From: Eledone cirrhosa
Lineage: Eukaryota
Direction of reading: 5' to 3'
NCBI GenBank assembly: GCA_964016885.1
Contig: OZ024753.1
Location: 46,810,001 to 46,874,000 of the forward strand
Length of the DNA: 64,000 nucleotides
Position numbers and translations under genes: made by a program. Numbering within the stretch: position 1 is the first letter of the stretch; the number at the start of each line of letters is the position of its first letter. The notes under the pieces were generated by a model. That model was not told where the DNA came from, ran no database searches, and worked only from the letters and a program-made list of their open reading frames with translations. Positions 1 through 12,770 of this stretch are shown here, one piece after another.

Positions 1-1209
1 GTATAAAAGAAGACCACATGATTATTATTAAGTCCTAAAATGTTAGGACAATGTGACTGACTCCCAGTATCGATGGGAATGTCACATCTAGAACAATGAT
101 TTCAGTTCACACCCAATACATTGAGTTGGAGCTGTGTGCTGCTTCTAGATATAACTCAATTGATCAACAGCAATCAATGATAACAAAATCAAAATCAATA
201 CCAGCTGCTTTAAGTATCAATCCCACATAGTTGCAATTGCTATGGAATTATAATTTAAAAAATTAAGAAAAGTTTTTTAAAGCAGCAGTTGAAACAAATC
301 AAGATGTTTGTGTGGGAATGAAATGGATTGCAACATTAAAGTTCATACTGGTTAAATACTCTTCTTGACATGTCTGGTGGCTTACCAGTTTGTATAAACA
401 GTCTATACATCTGGAATAGACCAGCTCTATCAACAACAATACTAGCTAAAATGAGAAAGACAAGTTACAACTATAAAAGCTGTAACAAAGAAAAGCCCTG
501 TCAATTTGTGGGGAGTGTCAGAACTGGGCAGTTTAAAATTAATTGCTCCACATTCTCTTGCATGGAAGAACTATTCCTAAACAGAAATCTAAAGATAGAA
601 TTTTTTTTATTTATTTATTTTTTTTTTAGTTAAAAATAATGGGCGGTTAGCAACTATTTGATTGTTTAACTTCTGTGGCACAATCAGTCCAATTCGAATC
701 AAAGCTAACTGGGGGATTAAACCACTGCTACCATAATATACCAGCAATAAGAACAACTATTATACTATTAAGCACCTATAACCAACAAGGTGGAAGCTTC
801 TATACAATCATTGAAATCTCCCTAATGTAGCACTGCTGAGTTTCACTCAGCAGCAGCACACACACTCTGTACTGTTTTTGTTTAAATATGTGAAGACCTC
901 ATGTCTTTAAGACTTACAATTTAAAAGAAAGATCATGCCCGACAATAAAGATAATATGGCCAAAAGCTAGAATATGTTTTTTTCTTTACGTTGTCACAAG
1001 GTCACACATTTTGTTTAAAAGGATGGAGTAGAGTCGATTGAATCCATCCACCCCAGTTCTTGTTCCATAATTCTTTTGCCTATTCCTGTGAAGTTAATAA
1101 TAAAAATCAACCCTGGCAGTTTTTTTTTTATTTGTATTTTTTTAACTCGGATCACAATGAGAGAAAAATTATAAAATACTATTTTACACATCATTGAATC
1201 TGTCTTTTC

Positions 1210-1270
1210 TACAACTACTACTACTACTACTACTACTATTACTGCTGCTACTACTATTACTACTACTACA
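1210..1270. repeat. (CTA)n trinucleotide microsatellite
   Basis: Run of ctactactac...; it produces the poly-Val in spurious ORF 1015..1404. Confidence 0.85.
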
Positions 1271-1594
1271 TAGCTAGAATATTGTGGTGCTTGCAGCTTA
1301 ACTGCATCAACAACAACCTCTGCAGTAATACTACCAAAAAAAAAAGTAGCAATGATGTGAAAGGTGGGCTGGCAGAGGAGAAACAGAAGCAGCAGATGTA
1401 ACATCTGTTTGTTACAACAGATGTAACATTTGTGTGATGATGATGACTATTACCTGCTAGGATTGATTATAATATAAGACATTAAAGACAAAATTTCAGA
1501 CAGAAGAGCGAAACATGTTCACTATAAAAATCCCTACCATGTATCTATTTACTCATCATAAAATTTATTACATTATATATAGTAAGATCAGACA

Positions 1595-1752
1595 GCATAT
1601 TGGCAGACTTGTTAAAACATTGGATAGAATGCTTTGCGGTATTCATTCTGCCTCCCTGTGCTATTTGAATTCAAATTCCACCGATGTTAACTTTGCCTTT
1701 CATCCTTTCAAGGTCAATAAAAAAAAATATCAGTCCATTGCTGGGTCAATTC
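1595..1752 (+). mobile_element. Degenerate tRNA-derived SINE
   Basis: tggcagacttgtta (A-box-like) ... gaattcaaattcc (B-box-like), then actttgcctttcatccttt, a core shared with the element at 3184-3280. Confidence 0.65.
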
Positions 1753-3183
1753 TTCCTCTATATCTCATTCTCAATTCTTTATCACTCTTTCTCTCTTTCT
1801 TTGGAAAAAATCAGCAGTATTACGGGTCCACACACACATAATTGGTAAGAGTGGCCCAACATAAAATTCTCTAATACATGGTACAATTCTGAACCATATC
1901 AGTGAACCTATCTCTCTTTTTTGTTTGATATTTATGTTTTTTTTTTATAAAGTCCAATACTTTTATTAATGTTTCTTGTTTTATTGTTTTCCCCTCAATA
2001 TATTTTTGAAATAATACTTCACAAGCACTAGCGGTGGAGCTTCTCTCAGAATCTCTCAAGAGGGAGCAAGCAAGAATGAGAGTGAGACATTATCTGGTTA
2101 ATATGGCAGCTGATTGTTACCCTCAAATATTTTCCTTGTCATTCTTTTCCACGTGCTTCAGTAGAAATGACCAATGATACGAAACACATTTCTTGAACAT
2201 ATCACAAACATATTTATGAATATATTCTTCAAATAATTAACATAACAACTCTTTCATAATTTAATTTCCTGGAAATAACATTTTTTTCTCTTTATAATAT
2301 TTTCATTTTTCATTTTTTTTAATACATATTTTTCTTGTTTCCTTTTTGTAATATTTTTGGAAAAGAAATATTTTTCCTTATTTTTTCGTATTTGTTTTTG
2401 TTTTACATTTTATTATTTTTTCTTGTTCATAATTAAATTAATTAATTAAATAAAACATAAATTAAAATAACTTATATAAAATACCAACATATTTATTGTA
2501 ATATAATATTTATTTTTTTATTTCTCATGAACCCTGCTCTGATTCCACTGAAAACTCGTCCCCAATTTCACATCAAATTTTTCTTTCCATTGATTATTAT
2601 TATTATTTTTGTTTTTCTTTTTCCAATATATATTTTTCTTCCATTATTTAAAAAACAACATACATGTACAAAAAAATTATTAAATGAAAGTTATAAGAAA
2701 ACAGACTTTAAAAAAATTTAATTTAACAGAAATTGGAAAAATATTGCAGAAGAAAAATAAAACAAACAAGAACAATAGCAAGCACATCTAAAATAATATA
2801 TATATTGTTGCTAATTATTACAGTGCTTACCTGTGAAAATTACATTGCAACATTATGAAGATATACAGGTGAAAGTAGGTAAAAGCATTCCACATCAGTC
2901 GTATATATCCAGCATTGTAAAGCTGATTAGACACGACAGAATTTTCATGTAAAAAATAATGTTAAGACAGGATGTTATGTTTGCATAATTATATTTATTA
3001 CATCCTGGTATCATATGTTTACTGGATTTCAACCAGGTTGGATGTATTTTGCCTGCGACATATCAACATAACCTATTGCTGATGTGAAAATTACATAAAT
3101 ACCCAAAAGCCATTGAAATAGGTATGACACAAATACAATTATGTAAACATAACATCTGTCTGAACATTATTTCATTTAATATA

Positions 3184-3280
3184 GCGAGGCTGACTTTGCC
3201 TTTCATCCTTACGGGGTCGATAAAATAAAGTACCAGTAATACACTGGGTAATTGCTGGCCTTGTGCCTAACGTAGAAACA
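3184..3280 (+). mobile_element. 5'-truncated SINE with 18-bp target-site duplication
   Basis: Core gactttgcctttcatccttacggggtcgataaaataaagtaccag...ggccttgtgcct, flanked by perfect direct repeats attatttcatttaatata at 3166-3183 and 3281-3298. Confidence 0.8.
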
Positions 3281-3295
3281 ATTATTTCATTTAAT

Positions 3296-3535
3296 ATATA
3301 TTGTATATATATATAATATATATATATATTGTATATACATAATATTTATATATAATATATATATATATATTGTATATACATAATATTTATATATAATATA
3401 TATATATTGTATATACATAATATTTATATATATAATATATATATATATATATATTGTATATACATATTTATATATATATATATATATATAATATATATAT
3501 ATATAATATATATATAATATTTATATATATGTATG
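3296..3535. repeat. (TA)n-rich compound microsatellite
   Basis: Visible TA runs with a recurring ttgtatatacataatattt unit. Confidence 0.9.
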
Positions 3536-3692
3536 ATCATCATCGTTTAAAATCTATCTTCCCCCTGGAATGGGTTTAGACGGGAATTGCCCCACTTGAT
3601 GCAAGATTGGTTGTCTTGCTCGTATAGGACTATCTCGCAGGTTTTCTATGGCTGGATGCCCTTCCTAACACCAACCACGTTTACAGTGTGGA
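3536..3692 (-). mobile_element. RTE/SINE 3' tail fragment
   Basis: Contains gctggatgcccttcctaacaccaacc and a catcatcgttt tail, matching the RTE 3'UTRs at 3790-4090 and 8270-8420. Confidence 0.75.
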
Positions 3693-3789
3693 AATATATA
3701 TATATGGTATGATATATATATATTATATATATATAATGTATATATATAATATTGTATATACATAATATTTATATATAATATATATATTA

Positions 3790-6700
3790 TATCATCATCA
3801 TCATCATCACCGTTTTACGTCTGTTCTTCCACGCTAGCATGGGTTAGACGGGTTGTCCTATTGTGGGCAGTGTCTGGTCGGCTGACCATGCCTTGCTCAT
3901 ACAGGAACTGATTTGGCTTGATTTCTACAGCTGGATGCCCTTCCTAACACCAACCTCATTTACAGTGAGTGCTGGGTGCTTTTTCGTGGCGCCTACACGT
4001 CCACTTTACAATGTGGGCTGGGTGCTTTTTTGCCGTGGCACCTCGATGACCACCTTGCAGTGGGGGGTGTGGGGGCATATTATCTATATGCTTCAGCTTG
4101 TACCCATGGGAGGTTCGGTACTCTGTATTACTGCGTGATGCCAGAGGTCACGGTCGTGTGTCATTGCCTTTGAGAGGTGTAATTGGGTAAGGTCGGCTTT
4201 TATCACCTCATCCCAGGTCATCTTGGGTCTCCCCACTCCGCGGTTTCCATCGACTTCTAGTGCTCTGCACCTTTTTATGCAGCTGTCATCCTTCATACGC
4301 ATCACATGTCCATACCAGCGCAACCGCCTCTCCTGCACACAGCATTTGATTCCTCTTATGCTCAGTCTCTCTAACAATTCATTTATGCTTTGTCGTTCGC
4401 GTATATTACTGTTACACATCCATCGGAGCATGCAGGCTTTGTTTCTCTCTAATCTACATAAGTCTTCCACCTTCAGCGCCCAGGTCTCACTACCATGCAA
4501 CATTGCTGTTCAGATACACGCATCATACAGTCTGCCTTTCATTTTGAGGGAGAAGCCTTTTGCAGCTAGCAGTGGTAGTAGTTCCCTAAACTTCTTCCAT
4601 CCTGTTCTTACCCTAGTTATTGTACTTTCTGAACACCCACCTCCGCTGCTAATTCGGTCACCTAGGTAGCAGAAGCTGTCTACTGTTTCTACAGAGCCCT
4701 CCCAGAGATTGGTGGTAGTTGTTTCCTGTGGCTGTTTGCTGCTTGCTGTCCCAGCACAGTTGCTGCATGTGAAGCCTACATTCTTAATTAAGCTTCCTGA
4801 GATCCCGCTACATCTCTTGTGTACCCATTGTTTGCATTTGGGGCAGAGAATGGAGTTCCTACCTACACCTTTCCTACATACTGAGCAAGGCCATTTCCCT
4901 GAGGGGATCTGGGTTCTGTTTTCTCGTCTACTTACAAGGACCTTAGTCTTTGTCACGTTGACTTTGAGACCCTTTCTTTCTAGTCCCTGCTTCCAAGTTT
5001 GGAATTTCTTCTCTAGTTCTACCATAGATTCAGCTATAAGTGCGAGGTCATCAGCATACAGGAGTTCCCATGGGCATCCGGTCTTAAACTCCTCCGTTAT
5101 TGCCTGCAGGACTATGATGAACAGGAGAGGGCTAAGAACAGAGCCCTGGTGGACCCCAACCTGTACGCTAAATTCCTCGCTATACTCATTGCTAATCCTA
5201 ACTTTGCTGACTGCTCCCCTATACATGGCTTGTACCGCTTTCACAAGCCATTCATTTCTAAGAGCCCACCAGATTACAGCACGTGGAACTCTGTCAAAGG
5301 CTTTCTCAAGGTCGACAAATGCCAAGTAGAGTGGCTTACTTTTAGCTAGGTACTTTTCCTGTAACTGCCTCACAAGGAAGAGGGCATCAGTGGTGCCTCT
5401 TCCTGGTACAAACCCAAATTGCATCTCGTCTAGTTTCACCCGGTCCCTAATCAACTGTGCTTTAACTCTTTCTGTTACTTTCATGACCTGGTCCATCAGC
5501 TTTATACCTCTATAGTTTCCTCTATCTAGTGCATCACCTTTACCTTTGTAGCAGTTGACAATGATGCTACTGCACCAATCTTTTGGTATGACACCTTCTA
5601 GTATTACCTGGTTAACAATACGTGTGGTTATAGTGTGACCTACAGACCCAGATGCCTTCAGCATCTCGGCAGCTATACCCGATGGACCGGTTGCCTTCCC
5701 CATCTTCATATCTTTGATTGCCTTACTTACTACGTTGCTGCTGACTTGTACTGCTGGCCCCTCTATAGGGTCTACTTGGGGTAGGGTCTCTTCTTCCCAT
5801 GCATTCTCCTCATTTAGTAATCTATCATAATGACTCTTCCATGCATCTTTCTTCTCAGCACTTGTGAGGGCAAGCTCACCTTTATCATTCCGGATACACT
5901 TCTCTCCAATGACATCACAACTCTCTCTGACACACTGCCTCGCAATCTTGAACACCTCTTGCTTCTGGTCCTCACGTTGCAAAACATGCTTGAATTTTCT
6001 ATTCTCTGCTTCCCTCCTAGCTAAGTATACTTGTCGCCTAGCTTCCCTCTTGGTCTCTATGTAATGTACCCTGCTTCCCCCATTCTTCCATTCTTTCCAT
6101 GCCTGTCTCTTGGCCTTAACTGCCTCATCTACCTTATTGTTCCACCACCAAGTCACTCTCCTCCTGCTTGAGGTCTTACTCCAGCCACAGACCTCATCCT
6201 TCGCCTCTAGTAAGTTATTTTTTTAGGAACTCCCAGTTTTCTTCTACATTGAATGTCTCTATCTGTTCTTCTTTACTGTCGTAGTCATTGAGTAAAATAT
6301 CTTTAAATCTGTTACTGGTTGAGGGGTCTTTCAGCTTCCAGATCTTTCTTCTCCAGGTTGGCCTCTGTTTCCAGGTTCGTCTAGTTCTGACTGTGAGGTC
6401 GCTGACAACTAAGCTATGTTGGGATGTACATTCCTCACTAGGGAAGGCTTTTGTGTTTACGACCGTCCATCTGTCACGTCCTCTGATGAGGATAAAATCT
6501 ATCTGACTAGAGTGCTCCCCTGATCTATAGGTGATCAGGTGGTTGTCGGGTTTTTTAAAGTTTGTGTATCAACATGTCATTGGCGTCGCAGAATTCTAGA
6601 AGTCTGAATCCTTCCTCATTTCTTGTGCCAACCCCATGGCCTCCATGTACTCTATTGAAGCTGTCGCAGTGTTTACCTACGTGTCCGTTAAAATCTCCTG

Positions 6701-7183
6701 CGATGATTAGGAAGTCATTGTCATCTGTTAGAGCAGTAGTGTGCATTAAGGACAAGTAAAACCTATCCTTAAGTTCATCTGGCAGCCCCGATCGGGGTGC
6801 GTAAGCTGATATTATTGTGGTAATTGTTTTATTCAGGACTAGTCTGAGTTTAATGATTCTTGCATTTACCCTGTACACTGAGATTACTTTATCTACCCAC
6901 TTGTCAGCTAGTAGTATACCTACACCACCCATCCCATCGTCATTTCCCACCCAGAAAAATTTGTAGCACCGACTTTTTTCTACCAGGACTCGAGCAGACT
7001 CTCCTCTCCATCTAGTCTCTTGCACACAGCATACATCAATTTCCTTTCGCTCTAGCATTTCTACGATTTCTCCTGCTCTTCCTTTCATTGAGCCTACATT
7101 GATGGTACCAACTCGGAGTTTTGGGCATTTGTCGACACTCATAGGGAAGAGTCTCTGGATTGGCGCTTCACATGGGTGCTTGG
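3790..7183 (-). mobile_element. Near-full-length RTE-clade LINE, disrupted (APE endonuclease + reverse transcriptase + PHD-type finger)
   Basis: 6555..7142: GTINVGSM, CVQETRW, ISAYAP, AGDFNGHVG (APE). 4510..6156: QFGFVPGRGTTDA, FVDLEKAFDRVP, GVHQGSVLSPLLF, LLYADDL (RT). 4093..4503: MLHGSETW, RRLRWYGHVMR, GRPKMTW (RTE C-terminus). 3'UTR ends in (GAT)n. Frameshift near 6560, TGA at 4510-4512 and a 4-codon deletion after WWALR. Confidence 0.95.
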
Positions 7184-7213
7184 TATATATATATATATAT
7201 ATATATTTATATG

Positions 7214-7260
<47 letters not shown>
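7184..7260. repeat. (TA)n microsatellite between divergently oriented RTE copies
   Basis: Visible run. Confidence 0.9.
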
Positions 7261-7299
7261 CATCAACATCATCATCATCATCCTTTTACATCCACTTTT

Positions 7300-8420
7300 C
7301 CAAATGCAAAGTATGGGTGCATAAAAGATGTAGTGGGATCACAGGTAAGCTAACTAAGAACATAGATTTTACATGTGGCCGGTGCTCTGGTGCAATAAGT
7401 AGCAGCAAGTGCCCACAAATACTAGCTCTTTCAATTGCGCAGAGGGTTCTATAGAAATAGTGGACAGCTTCCGTTACCTGGGTGACAAAATCAGCAGTGG
7501 GGGAGGGTGCTCTGAAAGTACAGTAGCTAGAGTCAGAACTGGATGGAAAAAGTTCAGAGAGCTTATACCACTATTAGCCGCTAAAGGGTTCTCCCTAAAA
7601 ATAAAAGGCAGGCTGTATGATGCCTGCATACAAACAGCAATGTTGCATGGCAGTGAGACCTGGGCATTGTGTGCAGAGGATATACGCAGACTAGAGAGGA
7701 ACGAAGCTTGCATGCTCCGCTGGATGTGTAATAGTAATATACGCGAACGGCAAAGCATAAACGAACTAAGGGAAAAATTAGAAATAAGAGGGATCAGATG
7801 TTTAGTCGAGAGAAGGTTACGTTGGTATGGTCACGTGATGCGCATGAAAGACGACAGCTGTATAAAAAAGTGCAGGGCAATAAAGATAGACGGTAGCCAT
7901 GGAGTAGGCAGACCTAGAAAAACCTGGGATGACCTGATAAATTCCGACCTCACACACTTACACCTCTCCAAGACAATGTCACTGGACCGAGATCTTTGGC
8001 GGTACTCAGTAATAGAGAAGACCCGCCTTACCTGAATACAAAGTAAAACCTACTACAGTCAGTAGGCATCTCTAACAAAACACACCCCCGTCCCACCACC
8101 CCCACCCCATCCACACCGCCCCTTTCAATGTAAAGTTATGTTGGTGCCACAACATCCAGGCTGAAACAAATGAGATCATGTAGGTGTCACGACAAAAAAC
8201 ACACAGTCCACGCTGTAATGTGGCTGTGTAGGCAACACGGTAAAAACCTCCCAGCCCCACACTGTAAATGTGGTTGGTGTTAGGAAGGGCATTCAGCTGT
8301 AGAAAACCCGCCAGACAGTCCTATGCGAGCAAGACAACCACTCTTGCCTCAAGTGGGAAAACTCCCGTCCAAACCCATGCAAGCGTGGAACATGGACGTT
8401 AAACGATGATGATGATGATG
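7300..8420 (+). mobile_element. 5'-truncated RTE LINE (begins inside the PHD finger) with 3'UTR and (GAT)n tail
   Basis: CKVWVHKRCSG...VDSFRYLG...MLHGSETW...RRLRWYGHVMR...GRPRKTW; nearly identical to the 3' half of the L-unit RTE (28468-29587). Confidence 0.92.
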
Positions 8421-9983
8421 ATTTTCCCTGCTTGCAAGGGTGGGACGGGTCCTATTCCGCACAGCATCTCTCCACTTGTCACGGTCCTTCATCATCTCCT
8501 CTGTGAGCTTCAGTGATCTGAGGTTAGCTCTCAACACCTCCACCCGTGTTTTTCGTGCATCTTCCTTCTACTGGGATTTCTTGGCACTTCTTTACTCAGC
8601 GGTCATCCTCCATGCTTATCACATGTCCATACCATTGCAGTCTTCTCTCCTGCACACTACAAGTTATCCCTCTTATACACAGTTTCTCTCTCAACTCATC
8701 TATGCTTGGTCTTTCATGCACATTGACATTGCACATCCAACAGAGCATGCTTGCTTCATTTCTCTCCAGCCGTCACATATCCTCCGCAGTTGCTGTCTAT
8801 GTCTCACTACCATGCAGCATCGCGCATCTCACATAGGCATCATATAACCGGCCTTTCATACGCAAGTAGAAACACTTCTTCATCAACAGAGGAAGCAGCT
8901 CCCTAAACTTCTTCCAACCCGTCCTTATTCTAGATATTATGGCCTCGGAACTCCCCCCTCCCATGCTAAATTGATCAGCTAGGTACCGGAAGCTATCAAC
9001 CACTTCTATAGAACCCACCTGCATTTGAAAAATGTGTCTAATACTGTGACTTCTACTGTCAAATTTCCCTGTAACCTTACTGCATACATAGTTTTCCCTA
9101 CCTGTTAGTTTGCCTGATATCCCACTACCTCTCTTAAGTACCCAAGATCTGCATTGTGAACATTTTATAGAATTTATGCCTGTTCATTTTCTACATATCG
9201 AACATAGCCATTTCCCTGATGGAATCAGAGTTTTATCCTCTTTTCTACTTAACACTTTGTCTTAGTTATGTTCACTCTCAGTCCTTTTGATTCCAACTGC
9301 TGTTTCCATAGCCAGAATTTATTCTATAACTCCTCTACTGATTCTGCTATAAGAACCAGATCATCAGCATAGAGAAGTTCCCATGGGCAGCCAGTCATAA
9401 ACTCCACTGTTATGGTTTGGAGGACTATAATGAACAAGAGCGGGCGGAGGACCGAACCCTGATGTACTTGTATCTGGAATTCCTCACTAAACTCCATTCC
9501 TACTCTCACTTTACTGACAACTGCCCTCACAAGCCATTCCTCTACACCTAGTTTCCTTAGGGACCACTAGTTGACAGATTGGGGTACCCTAACAAAGGCC
9601 TTCTCTAGGTCAACAAAAGCTAAGTATAGTGGCTTATTCTTCTCTAAGAATCTCTCTTGTAGTTGTCTCACTAAGAAGAGGGCATCTGTTGTACTTTTCC
9701 CAGGCACAAAACCAAACTGCATCTCATCTAATTTGACACTTTCTCTAATTAGTTGCGCTAATATTCTTTCTGCCACTTTCATAACCTGATCCATCAGTTT
9801 TATGCCCCTATAATTGCTCCTCTCCAGAGCATCCCCCATTACCTTTATAGCAATTTATGAGAATACTGCTGCACCAGTCTTTGGGTATGACACCGCCATA
9901 TATAGCTTGATTGACGATGCGTGCAACCAGTTTAGTGCCTACTTCTCCTGATGCCTTCAGCATCCCAGCAACTTTCCCCAATG
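8421..9983 (-). mobile_element. Degraded RTE LINE fragment (different subfamily), tail-to-tail with the preceding copy
   Basis: ORF pieces 9567..9839 (QFGFVPGKSTTDA, FVDLEKAF), 9324..9530 (VHQGSVL, LYADDL) and 8797..9024 (VDSFRYL, MLHGSET), with several stops and frameshifts. Confidence 0.9.
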
Positions 9984-9984
9984 G

Positions 9985-12770
9985 TCCAGCGGCTTTACCA
10001 CTGGTACATTATATGCCATATTTAATACAGAAATGGCATCTAAAGGACAAGAACTCTTTAATTCATAGTAAATAGTAGTATGTATGCAATATTTAATACA
10101 GAAATGGCTTCTAAAGGGGTAGAGCTCATTCATTCAAAGGAAATAGTACAGTAAATGCAATATTTAATACAGAAATGGCTTCTACAGGGCTGAAAGTGAT
10201 TAATTTGCAGGGTATTAGTAGATTATATGCTATATTTAATACAGAAATGGCCTCTAAAAGACTAGAACTCTTCAATTCGAAGGAAATAGTAGAGTATATG
10301 CAATATATAATTTTTAAAATGTCTTCTAAATGAGTAAAACTAATATAATTGGAGGAAATAGTAGTATATATGCCATATTTAATATAGAAATGGCTTCTAA
10401 AGCACTAGAACTCTTTAATTTGAAGAGTATTAGTAGATTATATGCAATATTTATACATAAATAGCTTCTACAGGGCTAGAACTCATTAATTCGAACAAAA
10501 TAGTGTATATGCAATATTTAATACAGAAATGGCTTCTACAGGACTAAAACTCTTCGATTCGAAAGAAATAGTAGAGTATATACAATATTTAATACAGAAA
10601 TGGATTCTAAAGGGCTAAAGCTCACCAATTCAAAGGAAATAGTACATTATATGCTATATTTAATACAGAAATGGCTGCTAAAAGACATGAATTAATATAT
10701 TTCAAGGAAATAGTAGTATTAGTTAATATTTAATACAGAAATGGCTTCTTAATCATTAAACTCTCTATTTTGAAGGATATTAATAGATTATATGCAATAT
10801 TTAATACATAAATAGATTCCACAGGGCTAGAACTGATTAATTTGAAGGAAATAGTAGTATATGTGTAATATTTCATACAGAAATAGCTTCCACAAAGCTA
10901 GAACTCATTAATTCGAAGGAAATAGTAGAGTATACGCAATATTTAATAGAGAAATGGCTTTTAAAGGGCTAAAGCTCATTACTTCAAAGGAAATAGTACA
11001 TTGTATGCAATATTTAATACGGAAATTGCTTTGAAAGGACAAGAACTCTTTAATTTGTAGTAAATAGTAGTATGTATGCAATATTTAATACAGAAATGGC
11101 TTCTATAGGACAAAAACTCTTTAATTTGAAGAGTATTAGTAGATTATATGCAATATTTAATACATAAATAGCTTCTACAGTGCTTGAGCTCATTAATTTG
11201 AAGGGTATTAGTAGATTATATGCCATATTAATATGGAAATGGATTCTAAAGGAGTAAAGCTCATTTATTCGAAGGAAATAATAGTGTATGTACATGATTT
11301 AATACAGAAATGGCTTCTAAAGGACTGGAACTCTTCGATTCAAAGGAAATAGTACAGTATATGCAATATCTAATACAGAAATGGCTGTTAAAGGCTGTTA
11401 ACTAATATATTTGGAGGGAATAGTAGTATATATGTAATATTTCATACCGAAATGGCTTCCACAGGGCTAGAACTCATTAATTCGAAGGAAATAGTAGTGT
11501 ATATGCAATATTTAATACAGAAATGGCTTCTACAGGATGACAACTAATATATTTGGAGGAAATAGAAGTATATATGTAATATTTAATACAGAACTAGCTT
11601 CCACAGAGATAGAACCTATTAATTCGAAGGAAATAGTAGAGTATACGCAATATTTAATACAGAAATTGCTTCTAAGGGACTAGAACATTTAATTCCAAGG
11701 AAATAGTACATTATATGCAATATCTAAGCCGGAAACAACTTCATTAGAACAAGAACTCTTTAATTCGTAGTAAATAGTAGTATGTAGGCAATATTTAATA
11801 CAGAAATGGCTTCTACAGAACTAAAATTCTTTAATTTGAAGAGTATTAATAGATTATATGCAATATTTATTACATAACTAGCTTCTAAAATGCTAGATCT
11901 CATTAATTTGAAGGTTATTAGTAGATTATATGCTATAATTAATACCGAAATGGCTTCTAAAAGACTAGAATTCTTCAATTCGAAGGAAATAGTAGATTAT
12001 ATGCCACATGTAATACGGAAATGGCTTCTAAAGGTGTAAAGCTCATGAATTTGAAGGAAATAGTAGTGTATGTGCAATATTTAATACAGAAATGGCTAGG
12101 ACTAGAACTCTTTGATTCGAAGGAAATAGTACAGTATGTGCAATATTTAATACAGAAATGGCTTCTACAAGACTAAAACTCATTGATTTGAAGGATATTA
12201 GTAGATTATATGTAATATTTAATACAGAAATTGCTTGTAAAGCACTAGAACTATTTAATTTGTAGGATATTAATAGATTATATCCAATACTTAATACATA
12301 AAGGAATTAGTAGAATATATGCAATATTTAATACCGAAATGGCTTCTAGGGTTCGAAACCTCTTTCATTTGAAGAGTATTAATAGATTATATCCAAGATT
12401 TAAAACATTAATATATTCTACAGTGTTAGAACTCATAAACGAAGTAGTAGTGTATATGCAATATTTAATACAGAAGTGGCTTCGACAGTGCTGAAACTCA
12501 TTAATTTGACGGGTATTAGTAGATTATAGGCTATATTTAATACAGAAAGGGCCTATAAAATATTAGAACTCTTCAATATATATGCAATATTCAATATAGA
12601 AAGGGCTTCTAGAGCACTGGAACTCTTCAATTTGAAAGGTATTAGTAGATTATATGCCATATTTAATACAGAAATGGCTTCTGGAGGACGAACATTTTTT
12701 TTTAATTGAAGAGTATGAGTAGATTATATGGCTTCTAAAGACGTAAAGCTCATTAATTCGAATGAATTAT
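9985..12770. repeat. 71-72 bp tandem satellite (~38 diverged copies)
   Basis: aatacagaaatggc recurs at 10024, 10095, 10166, 10238...; consensus approximately tatgcaatatttaatacagaaatggcttctaaaggactagaactcattaattcgaaggaaatagtagtgta. Confidence 0.93.

Noticed and set aside
370-2721. Short ORFs in the first 3 kb
   Set aside because: No recognisable domains; they overlap a microsatellite, a SINE or AT-rich low-complexity sequence.
9985-12770. CRISPR-like regular repeats
   Set aside because: Whole monomers are homologous with no unique spacers, there are no cas genes, and the context is eukaryotic; this is a satellite.
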